In this document: positions 10,941 through 20,590 of the stretch, in pieces
Numbering within the stretch: position 1 is the first letter of the stretch
How the letters are laid out: each line of letters starts with the position of its first letter
Assembly: GCA_963715335.1 (NCBI GenBank)
Contig: CAVQRZ010000019.1
Span: forward strand, 64,001-128,000
Direction: 5' to 3'
DNA length: 64,000 nt
Source: an uncultured delta proteobacterium
Lineage (GTDB): Bacteria > Desulfobacterota > Desulfuromonadia > Desulfuromonadales > BM103
Notes under the pieces: generated by a model
Seen by the model: only the letters and a program-made list of their open reading frames with translations
The model's database searches: none
Told to the model about the DNA's origin: nothing
Made by a program: the position numbers and the translations under genes

Positions 10941-12401
10941 TTGGCCATTTCACCTTTGGGGTCGATCCGGGTCCGCCTGACGTTCTGGTATGCAATGACG
11001 CTGGCTGTCATCCTGGCAGTCAGCGCTCTGTTTTCTTATCATTATTTTTCTCACAACCTGAGAGAACAGGTGGACCGTCAGGCTCGCGAGATCGCCCGCA
11101 TCATTGACCAGCACTACGTTGACACCTTGTCCGAGGCTGTTCATTCAGGGGATTGTCAGGGCCTGCAGACGCTGGCCCACAATTACAACTGGGATGCTTT
11201 TCTGGTCTTGCGCGATGCCGGCCTGCAGGAAATCTGCAGAACAGAGAATTTGATGGAGCGTGACCTGCCGTTCGGGCCGGTGGCCCGCCAGCAGGTCCGA
11301 TGGCTGAACGAGCACCTGGAAACAATCGCGCTGGAGCCCAACCGGCAGATGAGGCTCCTCTCCTATCCCTTGTTGGAAAAGGGTAAGCTGATCGGCGTGG
11401 CCCAGATTGGCCAGGAACTCGGCCCCCTGCAGCAGACCATCGAAGAGCTGCGCGTGATCTACCTGGTGGTCGGACCCTTTGCAATTTTCTGGCTCTGTCT
11501 CGGCTGCTGGCTGTTGGCCGAACGCACGATCGCGCCGATCATCGAGGTGACCGAAGCGGCCCAGGGTATAACCGCAGACAACCTGACCCGCCGCCTGCCT
11601 TTCGGCAATCATCAGGATGAGCTGTCGCAGATGGTTGCCTGCCTGAACCAGATGCTTGATCGTCTTGAAAAATCTTTCCGGCGGATCCGGCAATTCTCCG
11701 GTGATGCCTCCCATGAGCTGCGCACGCCTCTCACCATCTTGCGGGGTGAAACCGAAGTGACCCTGCGCTGGGCGAAAACGACCGACGAGTTCCGCGATAT
11801 GCTGCGTTCCAACATGGAAGAAATCGATCGCATGGAGCGGATCATTGAAAGCCTGCTGACGCTGGCCAAGAGTGAAGTCGGTGAATTGACGCTGGAAATG
11901 AAGCAGCTCAGCCTCAGCGACATGGTCCAGGAGCTGTACCTGCAGAGCCAGCTCCTCTGCGAAACCAAGCAGATCGAAGTTAGTATGGGCCTGAAGGTCG
12001 AGGAGGAGGTCCGGATCCGCGGTGACGAACTGCGCTTGCGGCAGATGTTCCTCAACCTGATCTCCAACGCCATCAAATATACCCCTGAAGGCGGTGAGCT
12101 GAAGATCGTTCTGGCCCAGGAAGATGATTTTGCCGTGGTCGATATCGTCGACACGGGAATCGGCATGCACGCCGAGCATCTGTCCCATATCTTTGACCGA
12201 TTCTACCGGGTCGACAAGGCGCGCAACCGTATGGACGGAGGCACCGGTCTTGGCCTGGCGATTGTCAAGTGGATCGCCGAGGCCCACGGTGGAAGCATCT
12301 CGGTCACGTCCGAGGTTGGCAAGGGCAGCTCATTCTCGGTACGCCTGCCTCTAAAGGGACCGGAAGAAGGCAAACACCCGAAAACGACCATTCTGGATTA
12401 A
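10941..12401 (+). CDS. HAMP sensor histidine kinase
   Basis: two TM segments, H-box ASHELRTPL, N, G1 and G2 boxes; TTG start. Confidence 0.95.
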   Translation: MAISPLGSIRVRLTFWYAMTLAVILAVSALFSYHYFSHNLREQVDRQAREIARIIDQHYVDTLSEAVHSGDCQGLQTLAHNYNWDAFLVLRDAGLQEICRTENLMERDLPFGPVARQQVRWLNEHLETIALEPNRQMRLLSYPLLEKGKLIGVAQIGQELGPLQQTIEELRVIYLVVGPFAIFWLCLGCWLLAERTIAPIIEVTEAAQGITADNLTRRLPFGNHQDELSQMVACLNQMLDRLEKSFRRIRQFSGDASHELRTPLTILRGETEVTLRWAKTTDEFRDMLRSNMEEIDRMERIIESLLTLAKSEVGELTLEMKQLSLSDMVQELYLQSQLLCETKQIEVSMGLKVEEEVRIRGDELRLRQMFLNLISNAIKYTPEGGELKIVLAQEDDFAVVDIVDTGIGMHAEHLSHIFDRFYRVDKARNRMDGGTGLGLAIVKWIAEAHGGSISVTSEVGKGSSFSVRLPLKGPEEGKHPKTTILD

Positions 12402-12506
12402 CCTTTCACAACTGCACATTCCATCAGTTGATTACTGTGCTGCTGACGATTGACAGTGCGCACGGCGGTTATTACATTTGTTATTATAACCACGATGGAG
12501 GACATC

Positions 12507-13898
12507 ATGAACAACCTGTTACGCTCGAAACACTTCCTGCTCATATCCCTTTTGATATTCGGCTGGGCTGTCACCGTCTCGGCACAGCCGCCGGATTTTG
12601 TCACCCTGGCAGAGCAGCTCAAACCCGCAGTCGTCAACATCGGCACCGCCAAGACCGTAAAGCCCAGGGCGCCGATGCCCCCCGGCCCGCATGGCCCCGG
12701 TGGTGACATGTTCGATGAATTTTTCGAACGGTTCTTCCGCAACTCGCCACAGTCGCCGCGCAAGGAGAGATCCCTCGGCTCCGGGTTCATCATCTCTGAA
12801 GACGGCTATATCCTGACCAATGACCACGTGGTCGATGGCGCAGATGAAATCAAGGTCAAGCTCTCGGACGGCCGGGAATTCACCGGCGAGATTCGCGGAC
12901 TGGACCCGAAACTGGACCTGGCGCTGATCAAGATCGATGCCGGCGAAAACCTGCCTGTCGCAAAGCTTGGCGACAGCGAGGCAATCAAGGTTGGTGAATG
13001 GGTCATGGCGATCGGCAATCCCTTTGGCCTGGAGCAGACCGTCACGGTCGGTATTGTCTCAGCGAAGGGCCGCGTCATAGGGGCCGGGCCCTACGATGAT
13101 TTTATCCAGACGGACGCATCGATCAATCCTGGCAACTCGGGCGGCCCGCTCTTCAATGTGCAGGGTGAGGTCATCGGCATCAACACTGCGATTGTTGCCC
13201 AGGGTCAGGGGATCGGTTTCGCCATCCCGGTCAACATGGCCAAGCAGATCATCCCCCAGTTGCGTGACGAAGGTCATGTGACCCGCGGCTGGCTCGGTGT
13301 GACCGTCCAGGCGCTGAACAAGGAGCTCGCCGATTCATTTGGCCTGGACAGCACTCATGGCGCCCTGGTCAACGAAGTCATCAATGATTCCCCTGCCGAC
13401 AAGGCCGGCCTGAAGCGGGGCGATATTATCGTCGAATATGATGGCAAGCAGGTCGGTGAGCTCAATGACCTGCCGCGACTGGTTGCTGCAACCCCGGTCG
13501 GCGAAACGGTCCAGGTCAAGGTCTTCCGTGACGGCAAGGAACGCACGGTCAAGGTCCAGATCGGCAGGCTCGACGACGGCAAGGCGGAGCTGGCTGCCGA
13601 TGACGGGGAAAGCGGCGGGGCTCTCGGTCTCACGGTCGCGAATGTGACCCCGGAGCTGGTCGAGCGCTACAGCCTGGAGAGCGACAAGGGCGTTCTGATC
13701 ACCAGAATCGACCCGGAAGGCCCGGCTGCCGAAGCCAACCTGAGAGTCGGTGACCTGGTTGTCGAGGCTGACGGCAAGGAAGTCGGTACGGTCAAGGAGT
13801 TTGAAGGATTGGTTGACAAGATGGCCGCCGGCAAGGTGTTGCGGCTGCTGATTCAGCGCAGGGCGACCCTGCTCTACACGACGGTGACGTTGAAATAG
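12507..13898 (+). CDS. HtrA/DegP/DegQ periplasmic serine protease with two PDZ domains
   Basis: signal peptide, TNDHVV, GNSGGPL; GGAGG RBS before ATG 12507. Confidence 0.95.
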   Translation: MNNLLRSKHFLLISLLIFGWAVTVSAQPPDFVTLAEQLKPAVVNIGTAKTVKPRAPMPPGPHGPGGDMFDEFFERFFRNSPQSPRKERSLGSGFIISEDGYILTNDHVVDGADEIKVKLSDGREFTGEIRGLDPKLDLALIKIDAGENLPVAKLGDSEAIKVGEWVMAIGNPFGLEQTVTVGIVSAKGRVIGAGPYDDFIQTDASINPGNSGGPLFNVQGEVIGINTAIVAQGQGIGFAIPVNMAKQIIPQLRDEGHVTRGWLGVTVQALNKELADSFGLDSTHGALVNEVINDSPADKAGLKRGDIIVEYDGKQVGELNDLPRLVAATPVGETVQVKVFRDGKERTVKVQIGRLDDGKAELAADDGESGGALGLTVANVTPELVERYSLESDKGVLITRIDPEGPAAEANLRVGDLVVEADGKEVGTVKEFEGLVDKMAAGKVLRLLIQRRATLLYTTVTLK

Positions 13899-13922
13899 TT
13901 GATACTGAAATATGTTTTATCG

Positions 13923-13956
13923 AGCCCCTGCTGCGTTTTGCGGCGGGGGCTTTTTT
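13923..13956 (+). terminator. rho-independent terminator
   Basis: GC hairpin followed by T7 after the protease gene. Confidence 0.75.
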
Positions 13957-14003
13957 GTAACGCAAAGATGCAAAGGGGAAGACAAAGGGAAGGGGAAAGA
14001 GGG

Positions 14004-14037
14004 AAGAAAAGAGCCCGGCTGGATGGACCAGCCGGGC
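14004..14037 (-). terminator. rho-independent terminator of the cytochrome-porin operon
   Basis: GCCCGGCTGG/CCAGCCGGGC hairpin then U-rich tract; lies just after the proposed stop at 14075. Confidence 0.7.
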
Positions 14038-14074
14038 ATGACATAAAGAGGCAAATCTTTATCAGCTTGGTTGT

Positions 14075-16418
14075 TTAAAAGCGGTAACCGAAACCGAGAT
14101 AGCCGTAATAGGCTTCACCGTCCTCATCGCCGTAGACATAGTCTTCATCGCTGATGAATTTGTCGTAGGTGAGCGATGCCGTGGTATAGCAGCTCGGTGT
14201 GAAGTTGTAGGTGCCGCCCACGGTGACCTGGATCTGCTCATAGGACAGATCGGAGTAGCTGTCGATATTGTTGTTCTGCTCCCAGGTGTCGTAATTGATC
14301 GGTGCATATGGTCCTGGGGGCTGTGCGGATTCATTGATGGGATCCGGTCAAGGCGTCTTCCCTGAGGACTGTCGCCCTCTCGGTAAAGTCATTCCAGTCC
14401 CAGCTGTCCTTGGCGTTGTTGTAGGTGAATCCCGCATTGAGCGCGAGTTTTTCAGTGGCCTGGTAATCCATGTTCAGAGCGACGGTGTGGACATCAGATT
14501 CGTATTCAGCGGTGTTACAGATCGAGCCAAACTGGCCCGACGAGACGTCGTTCGCTCAGCCATGGTACCAGCCGACACACATCTGGTTCTCCGTCTCCTG
14601 CTTGTTGAAGGTGTAGGCCATGGTCAGGTTCAACTTGCCGTTGGGGGCGTAGTAGAGCGAGGCTCCCGGAACATAGGTGTGTTGCTCGTACTGGACCTCG
14701 TCGTTCTCTTCGTAACGAACCCTGGCGAACACGGTGGCGGCCATATTGGTCGACGGCGACCATGTGGCCGACATCTTGCCCTCGTGGACTTCATCCGGCT
14801 GGCTGGTTGATGACAGCTGGCGGTTCGGATAGACATCCGTCCAGTACCAGGTCGGTACAGTCGGTATATTGAAGTCACTGGTATTGTAGTACCATAGGTT
14901 CGGGTCCCCAGTGATGTCCTGGATTCCATCTCCTTGCGCAATACCGACATGAGCACCGGCCATTGGCTCGTCGATGTCCTGGTAGGTGTAGCTGATGTTG
15001 CCTGAGAACTCCTTGTTGATGCGCGATTTAAGCGCGAGCTTGAAGGTGTTGGTCTCTGTTTCACCCAGCTCTTCTTCGTCGCGATCAACGTCTTCGTATT
15101 CATAGCCGAAACGCAGCGTGGTCCCTCTCGCTAACCGGTAAACGATATCGAAACCGAACTCGTTGACTTCCCTTTCTTCAGCCGAGTGGTATTCGTCTGT
15201 CGCGTCTCCCGGCCAGGCAGCGGCTGCGCTGGCGGTCGCTTCGCGTGCGGGGTAGTAGATAGTGTTGCCGTCGGCATCGATGGTGTATCGGCTGCCATGC
15301 ATTGACAGGCGGAAATCGCCGATTTTGGTCGCGATCTTGCCACCGAATGACTCGTACTCAGTCTTCAGATCGTTGCCCTGCAGGAGTTCGTACTCGCCCT
15401 GAGTCGCGGACTTGGAGCTTTCCACGTCGGATTTTACGTAGCTGGCAGTAACGCTGGTGTTCTGAGGGAGATCCACTCGCGCTTTCAGCTTGTGACTGTC
15501 TTTGTCAGAGTCTGGGGTGCGCGCATAGGGGTAGTCTCCATCTTCATAAAGAAGGTTGTAAGCGGTCGGATTGCCAGCATTTTCATAATAACGAACCGGC
15601 GTGGCGCCGTCTTCCGAGAAAGTCCGCTTCAGGTATTCGTAATCGACTGTGACCGGGCCAAATTTGCCGGTTGCACCAAAAGTGTAATCTTCCGTGCTCT
15701 CATCAATTTTCTTGCCGCCTGCAGAGACATGACAGGTGTCACACTTGGTTACGCCGATGGCCTGCTCAAGACCTTCGCGGGTTTCGATCCGCATGCCGGT
15801 ATGGAAGGTTACGTTGGGAAGATTCGGCAGGGTCAGGTCGGCTTCGCTCTTCAGCTCCCGGCGGGTCACGATGTAATTGTTGTCCAGCTCCTGCTGATAG
15901 GCTTCGGCGGCATCATAATTAATCGTGCCTCCGCCGACGTCTGTTGGCAACCCTGCCTCGTCCAACTCGGCAAAGAGCTTGTCCGTCATGACGGAGGGCT
16001 GGCCTCCAGCTGTATCGTTTCTACCAGTTGCCCCCATCTGATCAAGGGTCTCGTGGTCCTTCCAGTGTTCCAGGACCTGGTAGTCGACACCCAACCGGAA
16101 AATCCGGTTCAGGTCCAGGTCCAGGTTGTATTGCTGGTCCCGGGGGCCGTTGATGTCGGCATCAAGATCGAGTTCGGAGTTTTCTCCGAACTTTCCTTCA
16201 AGGGAAACTTTCGGTGCAAAGCTGAGGCCGTCATCGGACCTGCCGTTTGCATATTCATTGACGCGTGCGGGGTTATCCTTGGTGTCCATACCTGAAACAC
16301 CGATCTCCACTTGTCCGCTGAAAGCCTTGTCTTCAGCGACAGCTGCGGTGGTGATCGTCATTAAGGTAAGGACGGACAACACAGCAAGCAGCCATTTATG
16401 GCATCTCTTCATGTTCAT
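14075..16418 (-). CDS. MtrB/PioB-like outer-membrane beta-barrel with CXXCH; probable selenoprotein (UGA 14556-14558), with an additional +1 frameshift at 14334-14347
   Basis: signal peptide; CDTCH; beta-strand pattern continues past UGA (ANDVSSGQFGSICNTAEYESDVHTVALNMDYQ...); the shifted frame ends in GYLGFGYRF*; resembles the GSU2204-type family as recalled. Confidence 0.8.
14521..14558 (-). promoter_or_regulatory. putative bacterial SECIS element
   Basis: GUCGGGCC-AGUUU-GGCUCGAU hairpin; loop starts 22 nt after UGA and contains GU. Confidence 0.7.
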
Positions 16419-16428
16419 CCTCCTTAAG

Positions 16429-17406
16429 TTAACGTGTCAGACCGCCACCATTGAGCGGTTGCGATGGGTAATCGCTGCCGTGAACAACCTTGTGACAGGT
16501 TGTGCACTTGGTACCGAACGAAGTCTGGAAGCCTTCACTGCCATGCGCTGCGTTGACGACGGCTGCAGCATCGATTCGAGCTTGCGGTTGTTGTGGTCCA
16601 TTAATGCGTTCAAAATTCGCTTCGCGCAAAAGATGGAAGTGGCCTTCGTGGCACTGCAGGCAGAGGAACGGTTCGTTCTGCACCAGCAGGTTGTTGGCTA
16701 CTGAACCATGTGCGTCATGGCAGATGGTGCAGTCGTCTTCAACCGGCGCATGGCCGAATACGAACGGACCCTGGTAACGGCTGTGGCAATTCAGGCACAG
16801 ATCGGTGGTGCGCTCGTCGGTGTTGAGTTCGCCGTGTGGGTTGTGGCAATCGCCGCAGGTCATCTTGCCTTCCTTGATCGGATGATGGGAAGGGAAGCTG
16901 GCCTTGGCCATCTGCTCCTGGTGGCAGCTGTAGCAGAGCTCCGGGTCCTGCTGCTTCAGGGCGGTCTTGTTGCCGCCGTGAATCGAGTGACAGTCGTTGC
17001 AGCCCACGTCGCTCAGGGCGTGCTCGCTGTGTGTCCAGTCCATCAGCTTGCCGTCGGTGTGACACTTGGCGCAAACCGCTGCCGATTCTTCGGGCAGAAG
17101 CTCACCGAATTTGAGGATCTTGTCGCCGTCCGAGTCGACATGCAGGCTGCCGCCGCCATGGCAGGCTTCGCACCCTGCGGTGCCGCCCATATACTCGAAG
17201 CCGGACAGGCGCGAGTGAACCCCTGCGCCCTTACCTTCGTGACACTCCAGGCAGGCTTCTGAGCCGACTGAAGTAGCGCCCTCGATGACTGGTAACGTCA
17301 ACTGCTTCTCCCTGATTGCTCCGGTGGCGCATGCCGCCAAAAGCAGTAACAGGGGAAGGAGTTTGACCAGCCAGGACGCCCTGGATAGTGATACCTTCCT
17401 GTGCAT
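16429..17406 (-). CDS. decaheme c-type cytochrome lipoprotein (MtrA/DmsE-like)
   Basis: 10 CXXCH motifs counted; lipobox LLAAC; AGGAG RBS before ATG 17406. Confidence 0.95.
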   Translation of the reverse strand: MHRKVSLSRASWLVKLLPLLLLLAACATGAIREKQLTLPVIEGATSVGSEACLECHEGKGAGVHSRLSGFEYMGGTAGCEACHGGGSLHVDSDGDKILKFGELLPEESAAVCAKCHTDGKLMDWTHSEHALSDVGCNDCHSIHGGNKTALKQQDPELCYSCHQEQMAKASFPSHHPIKEGKMTCGDCHNPHGELNTDERTTDLCLNCHSRYQGPFVFGHAPVEDDCTICHDAHGSVANNLLVQNEPFLCLQCHEGHFHLLREANFERINGPQQPQARIDAAAVVNAAHGSEGFQTSFGTKCTTCHKVVHGSDYPSQPLNGGGLTR

Positions 17407-17596
17407 GATTTCTCCTTTCCGTGCTGAATGCCTCAATAAATGAGATGTAAACAAATGCTGTACCGGTTTGGTCCGAGCCTGACGGCTTTGTTCGGTGGCC
17501 GGTAAAGCGCCAAAAATACCCGTTTAGACATTCGGAATCGGTTGAATCATAAAGCCCTTTAATGCTAGGGTAAAACGAATCATTTTAATGCCTCTT

Positions 17597-17611
17597 ATAA
17601 GTAATATTTAT
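17597..17611. promoter_or_regulatory. LysR-type binding box
   Basis: ATAA-N7-TTAT dyad (T-N11-A) in the AT-rich divergent promoter region. Confidence 0.6.
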
Positions 17612-17640
17612 AGTTTTTAATGATATATATGGATGTGTGA

Positions 17641-18576
17641 ATGGAAACGCGGTACCTGAACACTCTGATCGCTGCTGTTGAAACGGGAACCTTTTCCAGG
17701 GCCGCGGAATCATTACACATTACCCAGTCTGCCGTTTCCCAGCGGATAAAGTTCCTGGAGGAGCATTTCGGTCAGCAATTGCTCGACCGGTCCGGCCAGC
17801 GACTGGCATTGACCGCGGCCGGGCAGCTGGTTTTCAACAAGGCCAGGGACATCCTGGAAAAAGAGCGGGAACTTTTGGCCTGCCTGCACGATAATGCAAC
17901 CCAGAAGCACCTCTCCCTGTGTTGCACACCGACCTTCGGTATGGCCTACCTGCCCCAGGTGCTGAGTAATTTTCTCAGAGCGCATTCCGATCTGAGCGAT
18001 CTCAAATTCATCTTCCTCCAACCGGAAGAGGCTCTGCGCGGGTTGCGCCAGGAAGAGTTTGACCTTGCGGTCATCGAACATAGCCTGGATCTCAAATTCG
18101 CCGGCTTCAACCGGTTCTCGATGCCGGATGACGAGATGCTGGTGGTCACTTCCGCTGCTGCAGCAATCCCGAATGACAACGGTGTAGTGGAGCTCTCGGC
18201 ATTGAAAGGAAGTCGCCTTTACGCGCGACGCGACGGCTGCAGCTCAAAGGAGCTGATGCGCTGCAACCTCAGGGCGCAAGGCTTTGACTTCAACGATTTT
18301 GCCAGTGTCGTGATCTCCGATGATCTGCGCTTTACCCTCCAGTCGGTCCTTGCCGGCGAAGGGATTGCTTATGTGTCCCAGGCCCTGGTCAGCAATTACC
18401 TGGAGTCAGGGCAGATGATCGGCTTGCATGTCGCCGGTTTCGGGCGCCGACGGGGGCGCAGCGTCGTGATGCTGCCGCATAGAGGTGAAGATCCTTTGGT
18501 CAAGGAGTTCCTGGAGAGTCTCTTCGAAGTGGTTTCGCCTTTCTGGCGGCCGAAAATGGTGAGTGCGGCAGGTTAA
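17641..18576 (+). CDS. LysR-family transcriptional regulator
   Basis: HTH FSRAAESLHITQSAVSQRI; divergent from the cytochrome operon. Confidence 0.95.
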   Translation: METRYLNTLIAAVETGTFSRAAESLHITQSAVSQRIKFLEEHFGQQLLDRSGQRLALTAAGQLVFNKARDILEKERELLACLHDNATQKHLSLCCTPTFGMAYLPQVLSNFLRAHSDLSDLKFIFLQPEEALRGLRQEEFDLAVIEHSLDLKFAGFNRFSMPDDEMLVVTSAAAAIPNDNGVVELSALKGSRLYARRDGCSSKELMRCNLRAQGFDFNDFASVVISDDLRFTLQSVLAGEGIAYVSQALVSNYLESGQMIGLHVAGFGRRRGRSVVMLPHRGEDPLVKEFLESLFEVVSPFWRPKMVSAAG

Positions 18577-18636
18577 ATACCCTCCGCGCCACCGACTTCA
18601 GCCGCGACTGAAGCTTTGCATGTTTCAAGGAGTTTT

Positions 18637-19278
18637 ATGGAAAAGCTGTTCAGGGGGATTGCCAAGTTTCGGCGTGAGGATTTTGAATCGCACCGGAAGC
18701 TGTTCCAGACTTTGGGCCGCAAACAGCAGCCGCACACCCTGTTTATCGGTTGCTCCGATTCCCGTGTCGTTCCAGAACTGATCACGCGTACCCGGCCCGG
18801 TGAGCTTTTTATGATCCGGAACGTTGCCAACATCGTGCCGCCGTTCCGCAAAACCGAAGATTTTGCCGGGACGACCTCGGCGATCGAATATGCCGTTCAG
18901 GTCTTGAATGTAGAGGCGATCGTGGTCTGTGGCCACTCGAACTGTGGGGGCTGCGCTGCGATGCACCAGAGCCCTGAGGCGCTGCAGCATATTCCGAATG
19001 TGGCGCGCTGGCTTAATGTCTCCAGCGAGGTGAAAGAGCGGGTTAGAAAACAGGTCGTAGAGGGGACGCCGGAAGAGCAAGAATGGCTTACTGAGCAGAT
19101 CAATATCCTGGTGCAGATGCGCAACCTGCTGAGTTATCCTTATATCCGCGAGCGCTATGATAAAGGCGAAATCGAGATTCTCGGCTGGTATTACATTATT
19201 GAGACCGGCGAAATTTTCAACTTCAATGATCGCACCGAAACCTTCGAGTTGATTTCCACTCCGGCGGAAGGGCCCTGA
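18637..19278 (+). CDS. beta-class carbonic anhydrase
   Basis: CSDSR, RNVAN and HSNCGG zinc ligands. Confidence 0.95.
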   Translation: MEKLFRGIAKFRREDFESHRKLFQTLGRKQQPHTLFIGCSDSRVVPELITRTRPGELFMIRNVANIVPPFRKTEDFAGTTSAIEYAVQVLNVEAIVVCGHSNCGGCAAMHQSPEALQHIPNVARWLNVSSEVKERVRKQVVEGTPEEQEWLTEQINILVQMRNLLSYPYIRERYDKGEIEILGWYYIIETGEIFNFNDRTETFELISTPAEGP

Positions 19279-19296
19279 CCCGGCTGCACGCCAGCA

Positions 19297-19599
19297 TTAT
19301 TCCCCCTCCGCCCTGCCGCTCCAGAGTGGATCCCAGCCAAACTGCCGGCGCAGACGTTCTCCCGGGTTCTGCTCTAAAAACTCCGCCTCGCTGAAACAAT
19401 AACGGTAACCCGCACAATAGGTTGTGAGGATCGTGTAGGCGTCATTGATTTTGCGGATCAATGCCGGGTCGGCGGCGTCGCTCTGGTCGGGGTGGTGCCT
19501 TTTGACCAGTTCGCGATGACGCTGCTTGATCTGCTCGAGGGTCGCGCGCTCAGTGATGCCAAACGTCTCAAGAGCGGCTTCAAGTTCCTGGTAAGTCAT
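19297..19599 (-). CDS. small J-domain (DnaJ-like) protein
   Basis: HHPD motif and INDAY helix. Confidence 0.85.
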   Translation of the reverse strand: MTYQELEAALETFGITERATLEQIKQRHRELVKRHHPDQSDAADPALIRKINDAYTILTTYCAGYRYCFSEAEFLEQNPGERLRRQFGWDPLWSGRAEGE

Positions 19600-19875
19600 T
19601 AGAGTGTCCCATAGCTGAGTCGCGGTAATGCCTGTGTTTTTTGAAAGGGCCACTGGATTTCAAGGTTGAAGCGATCCCTGGGCCAGCGGGCTTTTTTTAG
19701 CACGAGGGCTGGAAATGGTGTCCGGTAACACCTATGATAATCCAAGGTTCTCGTCTAGTACAATATTCAGGACAACTGTATCAACTTTTGGATCGTTGTC
19801 AGAAGTTGTGCGGTATCAACAAAGCCACCCCAAGAGGATTCCTTTAATCTTCATCCGTTGCCTATGCCCATAAAA

Positions 19876-20433
19876 TTATTGACTTGTGACTTGAAAAGAC
19901 TGAACGACCTCCTCGTAGGTCGGCAGGTCTCGCGGGTAATAGTGGAGGCTGGTCCCGTAATATTTGATCAGATAAACCTGCTTCTCGGTAGCGAATCCGC
20001 TGATAATCCCTTCGTAATCCAGACCCTTGGATGTTTCATACTTGATGTGAAGACGAAAGCCCTGGTGTCCTGCAATCAGGACTGGGGTGTTCTGTAACAG
20101 GGTCACCCGACTCGCCGGGAGCTCGTTTTTAACCAGCGCCAAGGCCAGTTCCGCCAGTTCTGACGGAAGCATGTCTAAGGTTATTTTTTTGTTGATGGCT
20201 GCAAAGGCATCATCGTGGCTACCTTCTTGAATTTCAATACCTTGCAGCATAGGGCCGTCGTGAGAGATAAACAGTTCCTTGTTATTGGATGTGTTGTGCA
20301 TCCAACCCGCAGGCAGTTTAACCTGGTAACTCTTTCCCGAAGCTATCTGGGATTCAGGAATAACTTTCCAGGGTGGGGCGCAGGCGACCAAACCCAGGGT
20401 CAGACAACAACATATCAGGAAATAACGTTTCAT
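19876..20433 (-). CDS. hypothetical lipoprotein
   Basis: lipobox LVAC; RBS present. Confidence 0.8.
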   Translation of the reverse strand: MKRYFLICCCLTLGLVACAPPWKVIPESQIASGKSYQVKLPAGWMHNTSNNKELFISHDGPMLQGIEIQEGSHDDAFAAINKKITLDMLPSELAELALALVKNELPASRVTLLQNTPVLIAGHQGFRLHIKYETSKGLDYEGIISGFATEKQVYLIKYYGTSLHYYPRDLPTYEEVVQSFQVTSQ

Positions 20434-20590
20434 GATCCTTCCCCTTTATCAAGTGCCTCAATGTAGTGATTGATATACTCCCTGTCGATGGCGTCTGGGT
20501 CTCGTTGCAGGTAGGTCTCCAAGAGGCAAGGAACATGAACAGGATCAGCAGGGAACCTTTCAGATGCCCAGAGCGAAGATGCCGTTTCAT
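20430..20590 (-). pseudogene. internally deleted gene remnant (signal peptide fused out of frame to a TPR-like C-terminus)
   Basis: ATGA overlaps at both ends; N-terminus MKRHLRSGHLKGSLLILFMFLAS; other frame LETYLQRDPDAIDREYINHYIEAL...*. Confidence 0.55.

Noticed and set aside
14331..14333. Second UGA as another selenocysteine
   Set aside because: The in-frame sequence after it loses barrel character, while the +1 frame is clearly correct
14062..14334. 90-aa minus-strand ORF in the track
   Set aside because: Shadow frame; another frame over the same DNA encodes the porin C-terminus
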